Positions 13,533 to 28,000 of a stretch of DNA of 64,000 nt are shown piece after piece (position 1 is the first letter of the stretch; each line of letters opens with the position of its first letter). The translations under genes were made by a program, and so were the position numbers. The notes beneath the pieces were generated by a model. The model was not told where the DNA came from. It worked only from the letters and a program-made list of their open reading frames with translations, and made no database searches. Where the stretch lies: positions 6,720,001 through 6,784,000 of the forward strand of contig CP068257.2 of NCBI GenBank assembly GCA_009914755.4, in the 5' to 3' direction. This DNA comes from the human T2T-CHM13v2.0 reference genome, Homo sapiens.

Positions 13533-16500
13533 GAATGGAATGGAATGGAATGGAATGGAACGGAATGGAAGCAACCGGAGTGGAATGAAATGGAATGGAA
13601 TTGAAAGGAATGGAATGGAATGGAATGGAATGGAATGGAATGGAATGGAACGGACCGGAACCGAATGGAATTGAATGGAATGGAATCAACCCAAGTGGAA
13701 AGGAATGGAATGGAATGGAATGGAATGGAATGGAATGGAATGGAATGGAATAGCATGCAATCAACTTTGGTGGAATGGTATGGAATGGAATGGAATGGAA
13801 TGGAATGGAATGGAATAAAAGGGCATGGCATGGAATGGAACCATTCCGAGGGGAATGGTATGGAATGGAATGGAATGGATTGTAATGGAATGGAATAGAA
13901 ATGAATCAAACCGTGTGGAATTTAATGTAATATAATGTAATGGAAAGGAATGGGAACAATGCAATGCAATGGTATCAACTGGAATGGAATGCATTGTAAT
14001 GGAATGGAATGGAATGGAATCACCCTGAGTGGAAAGGAATAGAATGGAATGGAAAGGAATGGAATGGAATCAAAACTAATGGAACGGAATGGAAACAACC
14101 CGAGTGGAATGGAATGCAATGGAATGGAATGGAATGGAATGCAATGGAATGGAATGGAATGGAATGCAGTGGAATGGAATGGAATGGAATGGAATGGAAT
14201 GGAATGGAATGGAATGGAATACAACAAAATGGAAACAACCCGAGTGGAATGGCATGGAATGGAAAGCACTTGAATATAATGGAATGGATTGGAATCAACC
14301 CGATTAGAAAATAATGGAATGGAATGGAATGGAATGGAATGGAATGGAATGGAATGGAATCTAACCAAGTGGAATGGAAAGGAATGGAATTTAATGGAAT
14401 GAAATGGAATGGAATGGAACGGAATTGAATATAATGGAATGGAATGGAATCTACCCGAGTGGAATGGAATGGAATGGAATTTAATGGAATGGAATGGAAT
14501 AGAATGTAATGGAATCAACCCGAGTGGAATGGTATAGAATGTAATGGAATGCAATGGAATGAAATAAAATGGAATGGAATGGAATGGCATGGAAACAACC
14601 CGAGTGGAATGGAATGGAATAACCGGAGAGGAATGCAATGGAATGGAGTGGAATGGAATGGAATAGAATGGAATGGAATGGAATGGAATGGAATGGAATA
14701 GAATGAAATTGAAAGTAATGGAATGGAAAACACCCGAGTGGAATGGAATGGAATGGAATGGAATTTAATGGAATGGAATGGAATGGAATCAACCCGAGTG
14801 GAATGGAAAGGAATGGAATGGATCGGAATATAATGGAATGGAATGGAATCAACCCGAGAGGAACGGAATGAAATGGAATGGAATGGAATGGAATGGAATG
14901 GAATGGAATGGAATGGAAATCAGTCAAACCGAGTGGAATGGAATGGAATGGAATGGAATGGAATGAAATGGAAACAGTGCAAAGCAATGCTATCAAAGGG
15001 AATGGAATGCATTGGAATGGAATGGAATGGAATCACCCTGAGTAGAAAGGAATGGAATGGAATGGAATGGAAAGGATGGAATGGAATGGAAACTAATGGA
15101 ACGGAATGGAAACAACCCGAGTGGAAGGGAATGTAATGGAATGCAATGGAATGGAATGGAATGGAATACAACAAAATGGAAACAACCCGAGTGGAATGGC
15201 ATGGAATGGAAAGGACTTGAATATAATGAAATGGATTGGAATCAACCCGATTAGAAACTAATGGAATGGAATGGAATGGAATGGAATGGAATGGAATGGA
15301 ATGGAATGGAATCTACACAAGTGGAATGGAATGTAATGGAATTAAATGGAATGGAATAGAATGGAATGGAATGGAACGGAGTGGAATGGAATGGAATGGA
15401 ACGGAATCTACCCGAGTGGAATGGAATGGAATGGGATTTAATGGAATGGAATGGAATAGAATGGTATGGAATCAACCCGAGTGGAATGGTAAAGAATGCA
15501 AAGTAATGTAAAGTAATGGAATGGAATAAAATGGAATGGAATGGAATGGAAACAACCCGAGTGGAGTGGACTGGAATGGAATGGAATGGAATGGAATAAC
15601 CGGAGAGGAATTGAATAGAATGCAGTGTAATGGAATGGAATACAACGGAATGGAATGGAATAGAATGAAATGGAAAGGAATGGAATAGAAACAACCCGAG
15701 TGGAATGGAATGGAATGGAATCCACCCGAGTGGAATGGAATGCAATGGAATTGAACGGAATATAATGGAATTGAAGGGAATCATCCCGAGTGGAATGGAA
15801 TAGTATTTAATGCAATGGAATGGAAAGGAACAGAACGGAATGGAATGGAAAGAATAGATTGAATCCAAGTGGATTTGAATGGAATGAAATTGATTGGAAA
15901 GGAATGGAATGGATTCTAATGGAAAGGAGTGGATTCAACCCGAGGGAATGTAATGGATTGGAATGGAGTGGAATGGAATGGAATGTAATCAACACGAATG
16001 GAATGGAACGGAATGGAATGGAATGGAATGGAATGCTATGGAATGAAATAGAAAGGAACGGAATAGAATCAACCCAAATGGAATGGAATGGAATGGAAGG
16101 GAATCAACACGTGTGGAATGGAATGGAAAGGAATGCAAAGGAATGGAATGGAATGGAATGCAATGGAATGGAATGGAATGGAATGGAATGGAATCAACCC
16201 GAGTGGAGGGGAATGGAATGGAATGGAATCAACAAGAGTGGAGTGGAATAAAATGGAATGGAATGGGATGGAATCAACCTGAGTGGAACGGAATGGAATG
16301 GAATGGAACGGAATGGAATGGTATCAACCAGAGTGGACTGGAATGGAATGGAATGGAATGGAATGGAATGGAATGGAACAGAATCAACCTGAGTCAAATA
16401 GAATGGAATGGAATGGAATGGAATGCAATGGAATGGAAACTACTGGAATGTCATGGAAACAACCCGAGTGGAGTGGAATGGAATGGAATGGAATGGAATG

Positions 16501-19045
16501 GAATGGAATGGAATGGATTGGAATGGAATGTAAAGGAATGGAATGGAATCAACCCGACTGGAATGGAATGGAAAGGAAAGGAATGAATGGAATGGAATGG
16601 AATGGATTGGAATGGAATGGAATGGAATAAACCAGAATGGAATGGAATGAAATGGAATGGAATGGAGTGGAATGGAATAAACACCAGTGGAATGAAATGG
16701 AATGGAAGGAAATGGAATGGAATGGAATGGAATGGAATGGAATGGAATGAAATCAACCCGAATAGAATGGAACGGAAAGGAATGTAATGGAATAGAGTGG
16801 AATGGAATGGAATGGAATGGAATGGAATGGAATGGAATGGAATGGATTCAACCCGAGTGGAATGGAATGGAATGGAATGCAATGGAATGGAATGGTATGG
16901 AATCAACCCTAGTGGAATGGTATGGAATGGAATGGAACGGAACGGAATGGAATTTAATCAACCCGAATGGAATGGAACGGAATGGAGTGGAATGGTACGG
17001 AATGGAATGAAATGGAAAGGAATCAACACGAAGGGTATGGATTGTAATGCAATGGAATGGAATGGAATGGAATCAACCCGACTGGAATGCAATGGAATAA
17101 AATGGAATGGAATGGAACGGAACGGAACGGAACGGAACGGAATTGAAAGGAATGGAATCAACCCGAGTGAAAAGGAATGGAATGGAAAGGAATGGAATGG
17201 AATGGAATGGAATGGAATGGAATGGAGTGGAATGGAATGGAATGGAATAACATGCAATCAACTTTGGTGGCATGGTATGGAATGGAATAACATGCAATCA
17301 AATTTGGTGGAATGGTATTTAAAGAAATGGAAAAGAATGGAATGGAATGGAATAAAAGGGCATTGAAAGGAAAGGAATCAAACCGAATGGAATGGAACGG
17401 AATGGAGTGGAATGGTATGGAATGGAATGGAATGGAAAGAAATCAACCCGATGTGTATGGAATGGAATGGAATGGAATGGAACGGAATGGAATGGAATCA
17501 ACACGAGTGGAATGCAATGGAATGAAATGGAATGGAATGGAACGGAACAGAACAGAATTGAATGAAATGGAATCAACCCAAGTGGAAAGGAATGGAATGG
17601 AATGGAATGCAATGGAATGCAATTGAATGGAATGGAATAACATGCAATCAACTTTGGTGGAATGGTATGGAATGGAATGGAATATAATGGAATGGAATGG
17701 AACAAAAGGGCATGGAATGGAACGGAATCAAACCGAATGGAATAGAGCGGAAGGGAGTGGAATGGTATGGAATGGAATGGAATGGAAAGGAATGAACCTG
17801 AAGGGCATGGAATGGAATGGAATGGAATGGAAGGGAATGGAAAGGAATGGAATCAACTCGAGTGGAATGTAATGGAATGGAATGGAACGGAACGGAACGG
17901 AAAGGAATTGAATGGAATGGAATCAACCCGAGTGGAATGGAATGGAATGGAATGCAATGGAATGGAATGGAATGCAATGGAATGGAATGGAATGGAATGG
18001 AATGGAATGGAATGGAATGGAATGGAATGGAATAACATGCAATCAACTTTGGTGGAAAGCTATAGAATGGAATGGAAGGGAATGGAATGGAATGGAATGG
18101 AATGGAATGGAAAGGAATGGAATGGAATGGAATAAAAGGGCATGGAATGGAACAGAATCAACCCGAATGGAAAGGAACGGAAAGGAGTGGAATGGTATGG
18201 AATGGAATGGAATAGAAAGGAATCAACCCGAAGGGTATGGAATGGAATGGAATGGAATGGAATGGAATGGAATCAACCCGAGTGGAATGCAATGGAATGA
18301 AATGGAAGGGAATGGAATGGAATGGAACGGAACGGAACGGAATGGAACGGAACGGAATTGAATGGAATGGAATCAATAAAAGTGGAAAGGAATGGAATGG
18401 AATGGAATGGAATGGAATGGAATGGAATGGAATGCAATGGAATGGAATGGAATGGAATGGAATGGAATGGAATGCAATGGAATGGAATGGAATGGAATGG
18501 AATGGAATGGAATGGAATGGAATGGAATGCAATGGAATGGAATGGAATGGAATGGAATGGAATGGAATAGCATGCAATCAACTTTGGTGGAATGGCATGG
18601 AATGGAATGGAATGGAATGGAATAAAAGGGCATGGAATGGAATGGAATCAACCCGAGAGGAATGGAATGAAATGGAATGGAATGGAATGGAATGGAAATC
18701 AGTCAAACCGAGTGGAATGTAATGTAATGGAATGGAATGGAAACACTGCAAAGCAATGCTATCAAAGGGAATGGAATGCATTGGAATGGAATGGAATGGA
18801 ATCACCCTGAGTAGAAAGGAATGGAATGGAATGGAATGGAACGGATGGAATGGAATGGAAACTAATGGAATGGAATGGAAACAACCCGAGTGGAATGGAA
18901 TGCAATGGAATGGAATGGAATGGAATGGAATGGAATGGAATGGAATACAACAAAATGGAAACAACCTGAGTGGAATGGCATGGAATGGAAAGGACTTGAA
19001 TATAATGGAATGGATCAGAATCAACCGGATTAGAAACTAATGGAA
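13531..19045. repeat. 5.55-kb higher-order unit, tandem copy 2 of 2.
   Basis: See copy 1. The differences that could be resolved are: one pentamer fewer after the gattagaaactaatgg island (11 versus 10 atgga units at 9706-9760 versus 15261-15310); a 70-bp local duplication present only in copy 1; two fewer pentamers near 16801-16850; an ~35-bp net gain near 18.2-18.6 kb; and scattered single substitutions (for example EGHRMEWNG versus EGHGMEWNG). Confidence 0.88.
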
Positions 19046-22000
19046 TGGAATGGAATGGAATGGAATGGAATGGAATGGAATAGAATGGAATGGAATGGAA
19101 TCTACAAAAGTGGAATGGAATGTAATGGAATTAAATGGAATGGAATAGAATGGAATGGAACGGAATGGAATGGAATGGAATGGAATGGAATGGAATGGAA
19201 TCAACCCGAGTGGAATGGAATGGAAAGGAATGGAAGGGAATCAACACGAGTGGAATGGAATGGAAAGGAATGCAATGGAATGGAATGGAATGGAATGGAA
19301 TGGAATGGAATGGAGTGGAATGGAATGGAATCTACCCAAGTGCAATGGAATGGAATGGAATTTAATGGAATGGAATGGAATAGAATGGTATGGAATCAAC
19401 CCCAGTGGAATGGTAAAGAATGCAATGTAATGGAACGGAATGGAATGGAATAAAATGGAATGGAATGGAATGGAATGGAAACAACCCGAGTGCAATGGAA
19501 TGGAATGGAATAACCGGAGAGGAATGGAATGGAATGAAGTGTAATGGAATGTAATAGAATGGAATGGAATGGAATGGAATGGAATGGAATGGAATAGAAT
19601 GAAATGGAAAGGAATGGAATAGAAACAACCAGAGTGGAATGGAATGGAAAGGAATCCACCCTAGTGGAATGCAATGGAATGGAATGGAACGGAACACAAT
19701 GGAATGGAATGGAATTGTCCCGAGTGGAATGGAATGGTATGGAATGCAATAGAATGGAATGGAACAGAACGGAATGAAATGGAATGGAATAGATTGTATG
19801 CGAGTGGAATTGAATGGAATGGAATGGATTGCAATGGAATGGAATGGATTGGAGTGGAATGGAATGGAATCAACACGAATGGAATGTAACGGAATGGAAT
19901 GGAATGGAATGTAACGGAATGGAATGGAATGGAATGGAAAGGAACGGAATGGAATCAAACTTAGTGGAATGGAAGGGAATGGAATGGAATCCACCCGAGT
20001 GTAATGGAATGGAATGGAATGCAATGGAATTGAACGGAATATAATGGAATGGAATGCAATCATCCCGAGTGGAATGGAATGGTATATAATGCAATGGAAT
20101 GAAATGGAACAGAACGGAATGGAATGGAAATAATAGATTGAATCCAAGTGGAATTGAATGGAATGGAATGGATTGGAAAGGAATGGAATGGATTGGAATG
20201 GAAAGGAATGGATTCAACCCGAGTGGAATGTAATGGATTGGAATGGAGTGGAATGGAATGGAACGGAATGAACACGAATGTAATCGAATGGAATGGAATG
20301 GAATGGTAAGCAATGAAATGGAAAGGAACGGAATAGAATCAAACCAAGTGGAAGGGAATGGAATGGAATGGAAGGGAATCAACACGAGTGGAATGGAATG
20401 GAAAGGAATGCAATGGAATGGAATGGAATGGAATGGAATGGAATGGAATGGAATCTACCCGAGTGGAGTGGAATGCAATGGAATGGAATGGAATGGAATC
20501 AACCCGAGTGGAATGGAATGGAAGAGAATGCAATAGAATGGAATGGAATGGAATGCAATGGAATGGAATGGAGTGGAATTCAATGGAATCAAACCGAGTG
20601 GAATGGAATGGTATGGAATGCAATTAAATGGAGTGGAACAGAAGGGAATGGAATGGAATGGAATTGATTGAATCCGAGTGGAATTGAATGGAAGGGAATA
20701 CATCGGAATGGAATGGAAAAGATTCAACCCGAGTGGAATGTAATGGAATGGATTGGAGTGGAATGGAGTGGAATCACCACAAATGGAATGGAATGCAATG
20801 GAATAGAAGGGATTGGAATAGAATGGAATGGAATGGAACGGAATGGAATAGAATGGAATGTAATGGAATGGAGTAGAATGGAATAAACACCAGTGGAATG
20901 AAATGGAATGGAATGGAATGGAATGGAATTGAATGGAATGAAATGAACCCCAGTAGAACACAACGGAATGGAATGGAATGGAAAGGAATGGAATCAACTG
21001 GAATGGAATGAAATGGAATGGAATGGAGTGGAATGGAATGGAATGCAATGGAATCAACAAGAGTGAAATGCAATGGAATGGAATAGAATGGAATGGAATG
21101 GAACGGAATGGAATCAACCAGAATGGAGTGAAATAAAATGGAAAGGAGTGGAATGGAATCAACCTGAGTGGAACGGAACGGAATGGAATGGAATGCAATG
21201 GAATGGAATGGAATGGAATGGAATGGAATGGTATCAACCAGAGTGGAATGGAATGGAATGGAATGGAATGGAATGGAGCAGGAATGGAATGCAATGGAAT
21301 CAACTGCAATGAAATGGAATGGAATGGAATTGATTGAATCCGAGTGGAAATAAAAGGAAGGGAGTGCATTGGAATGGAATGGAAAGGATTAAACCCGAGT
21401 GGAATGTAATGGAATGGAGTGGAGTGGAATGGAATGGTATGGAATGGAATGGAATGGAATAGAATCAACACAAAGAGAAAGGAATGGAATGGAATGGAAT
21501 AGAATGGAAAGGAACGGAATGCACTGGAATGGAATGGAATGGAATGAAATGGAATAAACCCGAATGGAATGAAATGGAATGGAATGGAATGGAATGGAAT
21601 GCAATGGAATGGAATGGAATGGAATGGAATAATATGCAATCAACTTTGGTGGAATGGTATAGAATGGAATGCAATGGAATGGAATGGAATGGAATGGAAT
21701 CAAACCGAGTGGAATGCAATGGAATGGAATAGAATGGAATGGAATGGAATGGAATCAACCCGAAGGAAATGGAATGGAATGGAAAGGAATGAATGCAATG
21801 GAATGGAATGGGATGGTATGGAATGCAATGGGATGGAATTGAATGGAATGGAACGGAATGGAACGGAATGGAATGGACCTCAATGGAATGGAAGGGAATG
21901 GAATGGATTGGAATGGGATGGAACGGAATTAACCCGAGTGGAATGGAATGGAATGGAATGGAACGGAATGGAATGGAATGGAATGGACCCCAATGGAATG

Positions 22001-25000
22001 GAATGGAATGGAATGGAATGGAATGGAATGGAATGGAATCAACCCGAGTGGAATGTAATGGAATGGAATGCAATGAAATGGAACGGTATGGAATCAACCC
22101 TAGTGGAATGGTGTGGAATGGAATGGAACGGAACGGAATGGAATGGAATGGAATCAACCTGAATGGAATGGAATGGAATGCAGTGGAAAGGTACGTAATG
22201 GAATGGATTGGAAAGGAATCAACTCGAAAGGTATGGAATGGAATGCAATGGAATGGAACGGAATGGAATGGAATCAACCTGAGTGGAATGCAATGGAATA
22301 AAATGGAATGGAATGGAACGGAACGGAACGGAATGGAACGGAATTGAAAGGAATGGAATCAACCCGAGTGGAAAGGAATGGAATGGAATGGAATGGAATT
22401 TAGTGGAATGGAATGGAATGGAATAACATGCAATCAACTTTGGTGGAATAGTATGGAATGAAATAACATGCAATCAACTTTGGTGGAAAGGTATGGAATG
22501 GAATGGAAAGGAATGCAATGGAATGGAATAAAAGGGCATGGAATGGAACGGAATCAACCCGAATGGAATGGAACGGAATGGAGAGGAATGGTATGGAATG
22601 GAATGGAATGGAAAGAAATCAACCCAAAGGGTATGGAACGGAACGGAATAGAATGGAATGGAATCAACCCGAGTGGAAAGGAATGGAAAGAAATGGAATG
22701 GAATGTAATGGAATGGAATAACATGCAATCAATTTTTGTGGAATGGTATGGAATGGAATGGAATGGAATGGAATGGAATGGAATGGAAAGGAATGGAATA
22801 AAAGGGCATGGAATGGAACGGAATCAACCCGAATGGAATGGAGCGGAATGGAGTGGAATGGTATGGAATGGAATAGAATGGAAAGGAATCAACACGAAGG
22901 GTGTGGAATGGAATGGAATGGAATGGAAAAGAATGGAATCAACACGATTGCAATGCAATGGAATGAAATATAATGGAATGGAATGGAACGGAACGGAACG
23001 GAATTGAAAGGAATGGAATCAACCCGAGTGGAATGCAATGCAATGGAATGGAATGGAATGGAATGGAATGGAATGGAATGGAATGGAATAAAAGGGCATG
23101 GAATTGAATGGAATCAACCAGAGAGGAATGGAATGGAATGGAATGGAATGGAATGGAATAGAATGGAATGGAATAAAAGGGCATGGGATGGAACAGAATC
23201 AACCCGAATGGAATGGATCGGAATGGAGTGGAACGGTATTGAATGGAATCGAAAGGAAAGGAATCAATCTGAGGGGTATGTAATGGAAAGGAATGGAATG
23301 GAATGGAATGGAATCAGCCCGACTGGACTGCAATGGAATGAAATGGAATGGAATGGAAAGGAATGGAACGGAACGGAACAGAACCGAACAGAATTGAATG
23401 GAATGAAATCAACCCAAGTGGAAAGGAATGGAATGGAATGGAATGGAATGGAATGGAATGGAAAGGTATGGAATGGAATAGCATGCAATCAACTTTGGTG
23501 GAATGGTATGGAATAGAATGGAATGGAATGAAATAAAAGGGCATGGAATGGAACGGAATCAAACCGAATGGAATGGAACGGAATGGAGTGGAATGGTATG
23601 GAATGGAATGGAATGGAAAGAAATCAACCCGAAGGGTATGGAATGGAATGGAATTGAAAGGAATGGAATGGAATGGAATCAACCCGAGAGGAATGCAATG
23701 GAATGAAATGGAATGGAATGGAAAGGAACGGAACGGAATAGAATGGAATGGAATCAACCCGAGTGGAAAGGAATGGAAAGAAATGGAATGGAGTGTAATG
23801 GAATGCAATAACATGCAATCAACTTTGGTGGAATGGTATGGAATGGAATGGAATGGAATGGAATGGAATTGAATGGAATGGAATGGAATGGAAAGGAATG
23901 GAATAAAAGGGCATGGAATGGAACGGAATCAACCCGAATGGAATGGAGCGGAATGGAGTGGAAAGGTATGGAATGGAATGGAATGGAAAGGAATCAACCC
24001 GAAGGGTGTGGAATGGAATGGAATGGAATGGAAAAGAATGGAATCAGCACGATTGGAATACAATGGTATGAAATGTAATGGAATGGAACGGAACGGAATA
24101 GAACGGAATTGAAAGGAATGGAATCAACCCGAGTGGAATGGAATGAAATGCAACGGAATGGAATGGAATGGAATGGAATGGAATGGAATAACATGAAATC
24201 AACTTTGGTGGAATGATATGGAATGGAATGGAATGGAATGGAATGGAATTGAATAAAAGGGCATGGGATGGAAAAGAATCAACCCAAAAGGAATGCATCG
24301 GAATGGAGTGGAATGTTATTGAATGGAATCGAATGGAAAGGAATCAACCTGAAGGGTATGGAATGGAAAGGAATGGAATGGAATGGAATGGAATGGAATC
24401 AGCCCGACTGGAATGCAATGGAATGAAATGGAATGGAATGGAAAGGAATGGAAAGGAACGGAACAGAACGGAACAGAATTGAATGGAATGGAATCAACCC
24501 AAGTGGAAAGGAATGGAATGGAATGGAATGGAATGGAATGGAATGGAATGGAAAGGTATGGAATGGAATAGCATGCAATCAACTTTGGTGGAATGGTATG
24601 GAATGGAATGGAATGGAATAGAATGGAAACTACTGGAATGGAATGGAAATAAACCGAGTGGAATGGAATGCAATGGAATGGAATGGAATACAACAAAATG
24701 GAAACAACCCGAGTGGAATGGCATGGAATGGAAAGGACTTAAATATAATGGAATGGATTGGAATAAACCCAATTAGAAACTAATGGAATGGAATGGAATG
24801 GAATGGAATCTACCCGAGTGGAATGGAATGGAATGGAATTTAATGGAATGGAATGGAATGAATGGAATGGAACGGAATGGAATGGAATGGAATGTACCCG
24901 AGTGGAATGGAATGGAATGGAATTTAATGGAATGGAATGGAATAGAATGGTATGGAATCAACCAGAGTGGAATGGTATAGTATGGAATGTAATGGAACGG

Positions 25001-28000
25001 AATGCAATGCAATAAAATGGAATGCAATGGAATGGACACAACCCGAGTGGAATGGAATGGAATAACCGGAGAGGAATGGAATGGAATGGAGTGGAATGGA
25101 ATGGAATAGAATGGATTGGAATGGAATGGAATAGAAAGAAATGGAAAGGAATGGAATGGAAACAACCCGAGTGGAATGGAATGGAATGGAATGGAATGGA
25201 ATGGAATGGAATGGAATGGAATCAACACGAGTGGAATGGAATGGAATGGAATGGAATGGAATGGAATGGAATGGAATGGAATGGAACGGAATATAATGGA
25301 CTGGAATGGAGTCATCCCGAGTGGAATGGAATGGTATGGAATGCAATGGAATGGAATGGAACAGAACGAAATGAAATGCAATGGAATAGATTGAATGCGA
25401 GTGGAATTGAATGGAATGGAATGGATTGGAATGGAAAGGTATGGATTGGAGAGGAATTGAATGGAATCAACACGAATGGAAAGGAAGGCAATGGAATGGA
25501 ATGCAAAGGAACGCAATGGAATCATCCAGAATGGAATGGAATGGAATGGAATGAAACTGAATGGAATGGAATGGAATGGTATAGAATGACCCGAGTGTAA
25601 TGGTATAGAATGCAATGGAATGGAACGGAATGGAATGGAATAAAATGGAAAGGAATGGAATGGAATCGACCCGAGTGAAATGGAATGGAATGGAATGGAA
25701 AGGAAGTGAATCAACCTGAGTGGAATGGAATGGAATGGAATGGAATGGAATGGAATGGAATGGAATGAAATGGAATGGAATGGAATCAACCAGAATGGAG
25801 TGGAACAAAATGGAATGGAATGGAATGGAATGCAATGGAATCAATTGGAATGGAATGGAATGGATTGGAATGGAACAGAATCAACACGAATCAAATGGAA
25901 TGGAATGGAATGGAATGCAATGGAATGGAATGGAATGGAAACTACTGGAATGGAATAGAATCAACCTGACTGGAATGGAATGCAATGGAATGGAATGGAA
26001 TGAAATGGAATGGAAAGGAATGGAATGAAATCAACACTAGTGGAATGAATGGAATGGAATGGAAAGGAATGGAATGGAATGGAATGGAATCAACACGAAT
26101 GGAATGGAACGGAATGGAATGGAATGGAATGGAATGTAACGGAATGGAATGCAATGGAATCAACTGGAATGGAATGGAATGGATTGGAATGGAACGGAAT
26201 CAACATGAATCAAATGGAATGGAATGGAATGGAATGCAATGGAATGGAATGGAATGGAATGGAAACTACTGGAATGGAATAGAATCAACCCGACTGGAAT
26301 GGAATGCATTGGAATGGAATGGAATGAAATGGAATGGAAAGGAATGGAATGGAATCAACACTAGTGGAATGAATGGAATGCAATGGAAAGGATTGGAATG
26401 GAATGGAACAGAATGGAATGGTATGGAATCAATCCGAGAGGAATAGTATGGAATGGAATGGAAAGGAACGAAATGGAATGGAATAAAATGTAATTGAATG
26501 CAATGGAATCAACCCGAGTGAAATGGAATGGAATGGAATGGAATGGAATGGAATGCAATCAATCCGACTGGAATGCAATGGAATGGAATGGAAGGGAATG
26601 GAATGTAATGGAATCAACAAGAGTGGAATGGAATGGAATGGAATGGAATGGAATGGAATGGAATGGAATGGAATGGAAAAGAATCTACCTATGTCAAATG
26701 GAATGGAATCGAATGGAATGGAAATTACTGGAATGGAATGGAAACAAACCGAGTGTAATGGAATGCATTGGAATGTAATGGAATGGAATGGAATGGAATC
26801 AACACTAGTGGAATGAATGGAATGGAATGGAGAGGAATGGAATGCAATGGAGCGGAAAGGAATGGTATGGAATCATCCTGAGAGGAATAGTATGGAATGG
26901 AATGGAATGGAACGGAATGGAATGGAATAAAATGTAATTGAATGCAATGGAATCAACCCGAGTGAAATAGAATGGAATGGAATGGAATGGAATGCAATCA
27001 ATCCGACTGGAATGCAATGGAATGGAATGGAAGGGAATGGAATGTAATGGAATCAACAAGAGTGGAATAAAATGGAATGCAACGGAATCACCCCGAGTGG
27101 AATGAAATGGAATATAATGCAATGAAATGGAATGGAATCAACACTAGTGGAATGGAATAGAATGGAATGGAATGGAATGGAACGGAATGCAAGGCAATGT
27201 AATCAACTGGAATGGAATGGAATGGAATGGAATGGATTGGAATGGAATGGAATGGAGTGGAATGGAGTGGAATGGAATAACATGCAACCAACTTTGGTGG
27301 AATGGTATGGAATGGAATGGAAAGGAATGCAACGGAGTGGAATAAAAAAGGCATGGAATGGAACTGATTCAACCCGAATGGAATGGAACGGAATGGAATG
27401 CAATGGAATCAACTGGAATGGAGTGGAATGGATTGGAATGGAACGGAATCAACCTGAGCGAAATAGAATGGAATGGAATAGATTGGAAACTACTGGAAGG
27501 GAATGGAAACAACCTGACTGGAATGGAATGCAATGGAATGGAATGGAATGGAATGGAATGGAATGGAATGGAATGGAAACAACCCGAATGAAATGGAATG
27601 GAATGGAAAGGAATGAATGCAATGGAATGGAATGGGATGGTATGGAATGCAATGGGATGGAATTGAATGGAATGGAACGGAATGGAACGGAATGGAATGG
27701 ACCTCAATGGAATGGAATGGAATGGAATGGATTGGAATGGGATGGAACGGAATTAACCCGAGTGGAATGGAATGGAATGGAATGGAACGGAATGCAATGG
27801 AATGGAATGGACCCCAATGGAATGGAATGGAATGGAATGGAATGGAATGGAATGGAATCAACCCGAGTGGAATGTAATGGAATGGAATGCAATGAAATGG
27901 AACGGTATGGAATCAACACTAGTGGAATGGTGTGGAATGGAATGGAACGGAACGGAATGGAATGGAATGGAATCAACGTGAATGGAATGGAATGGAATGG

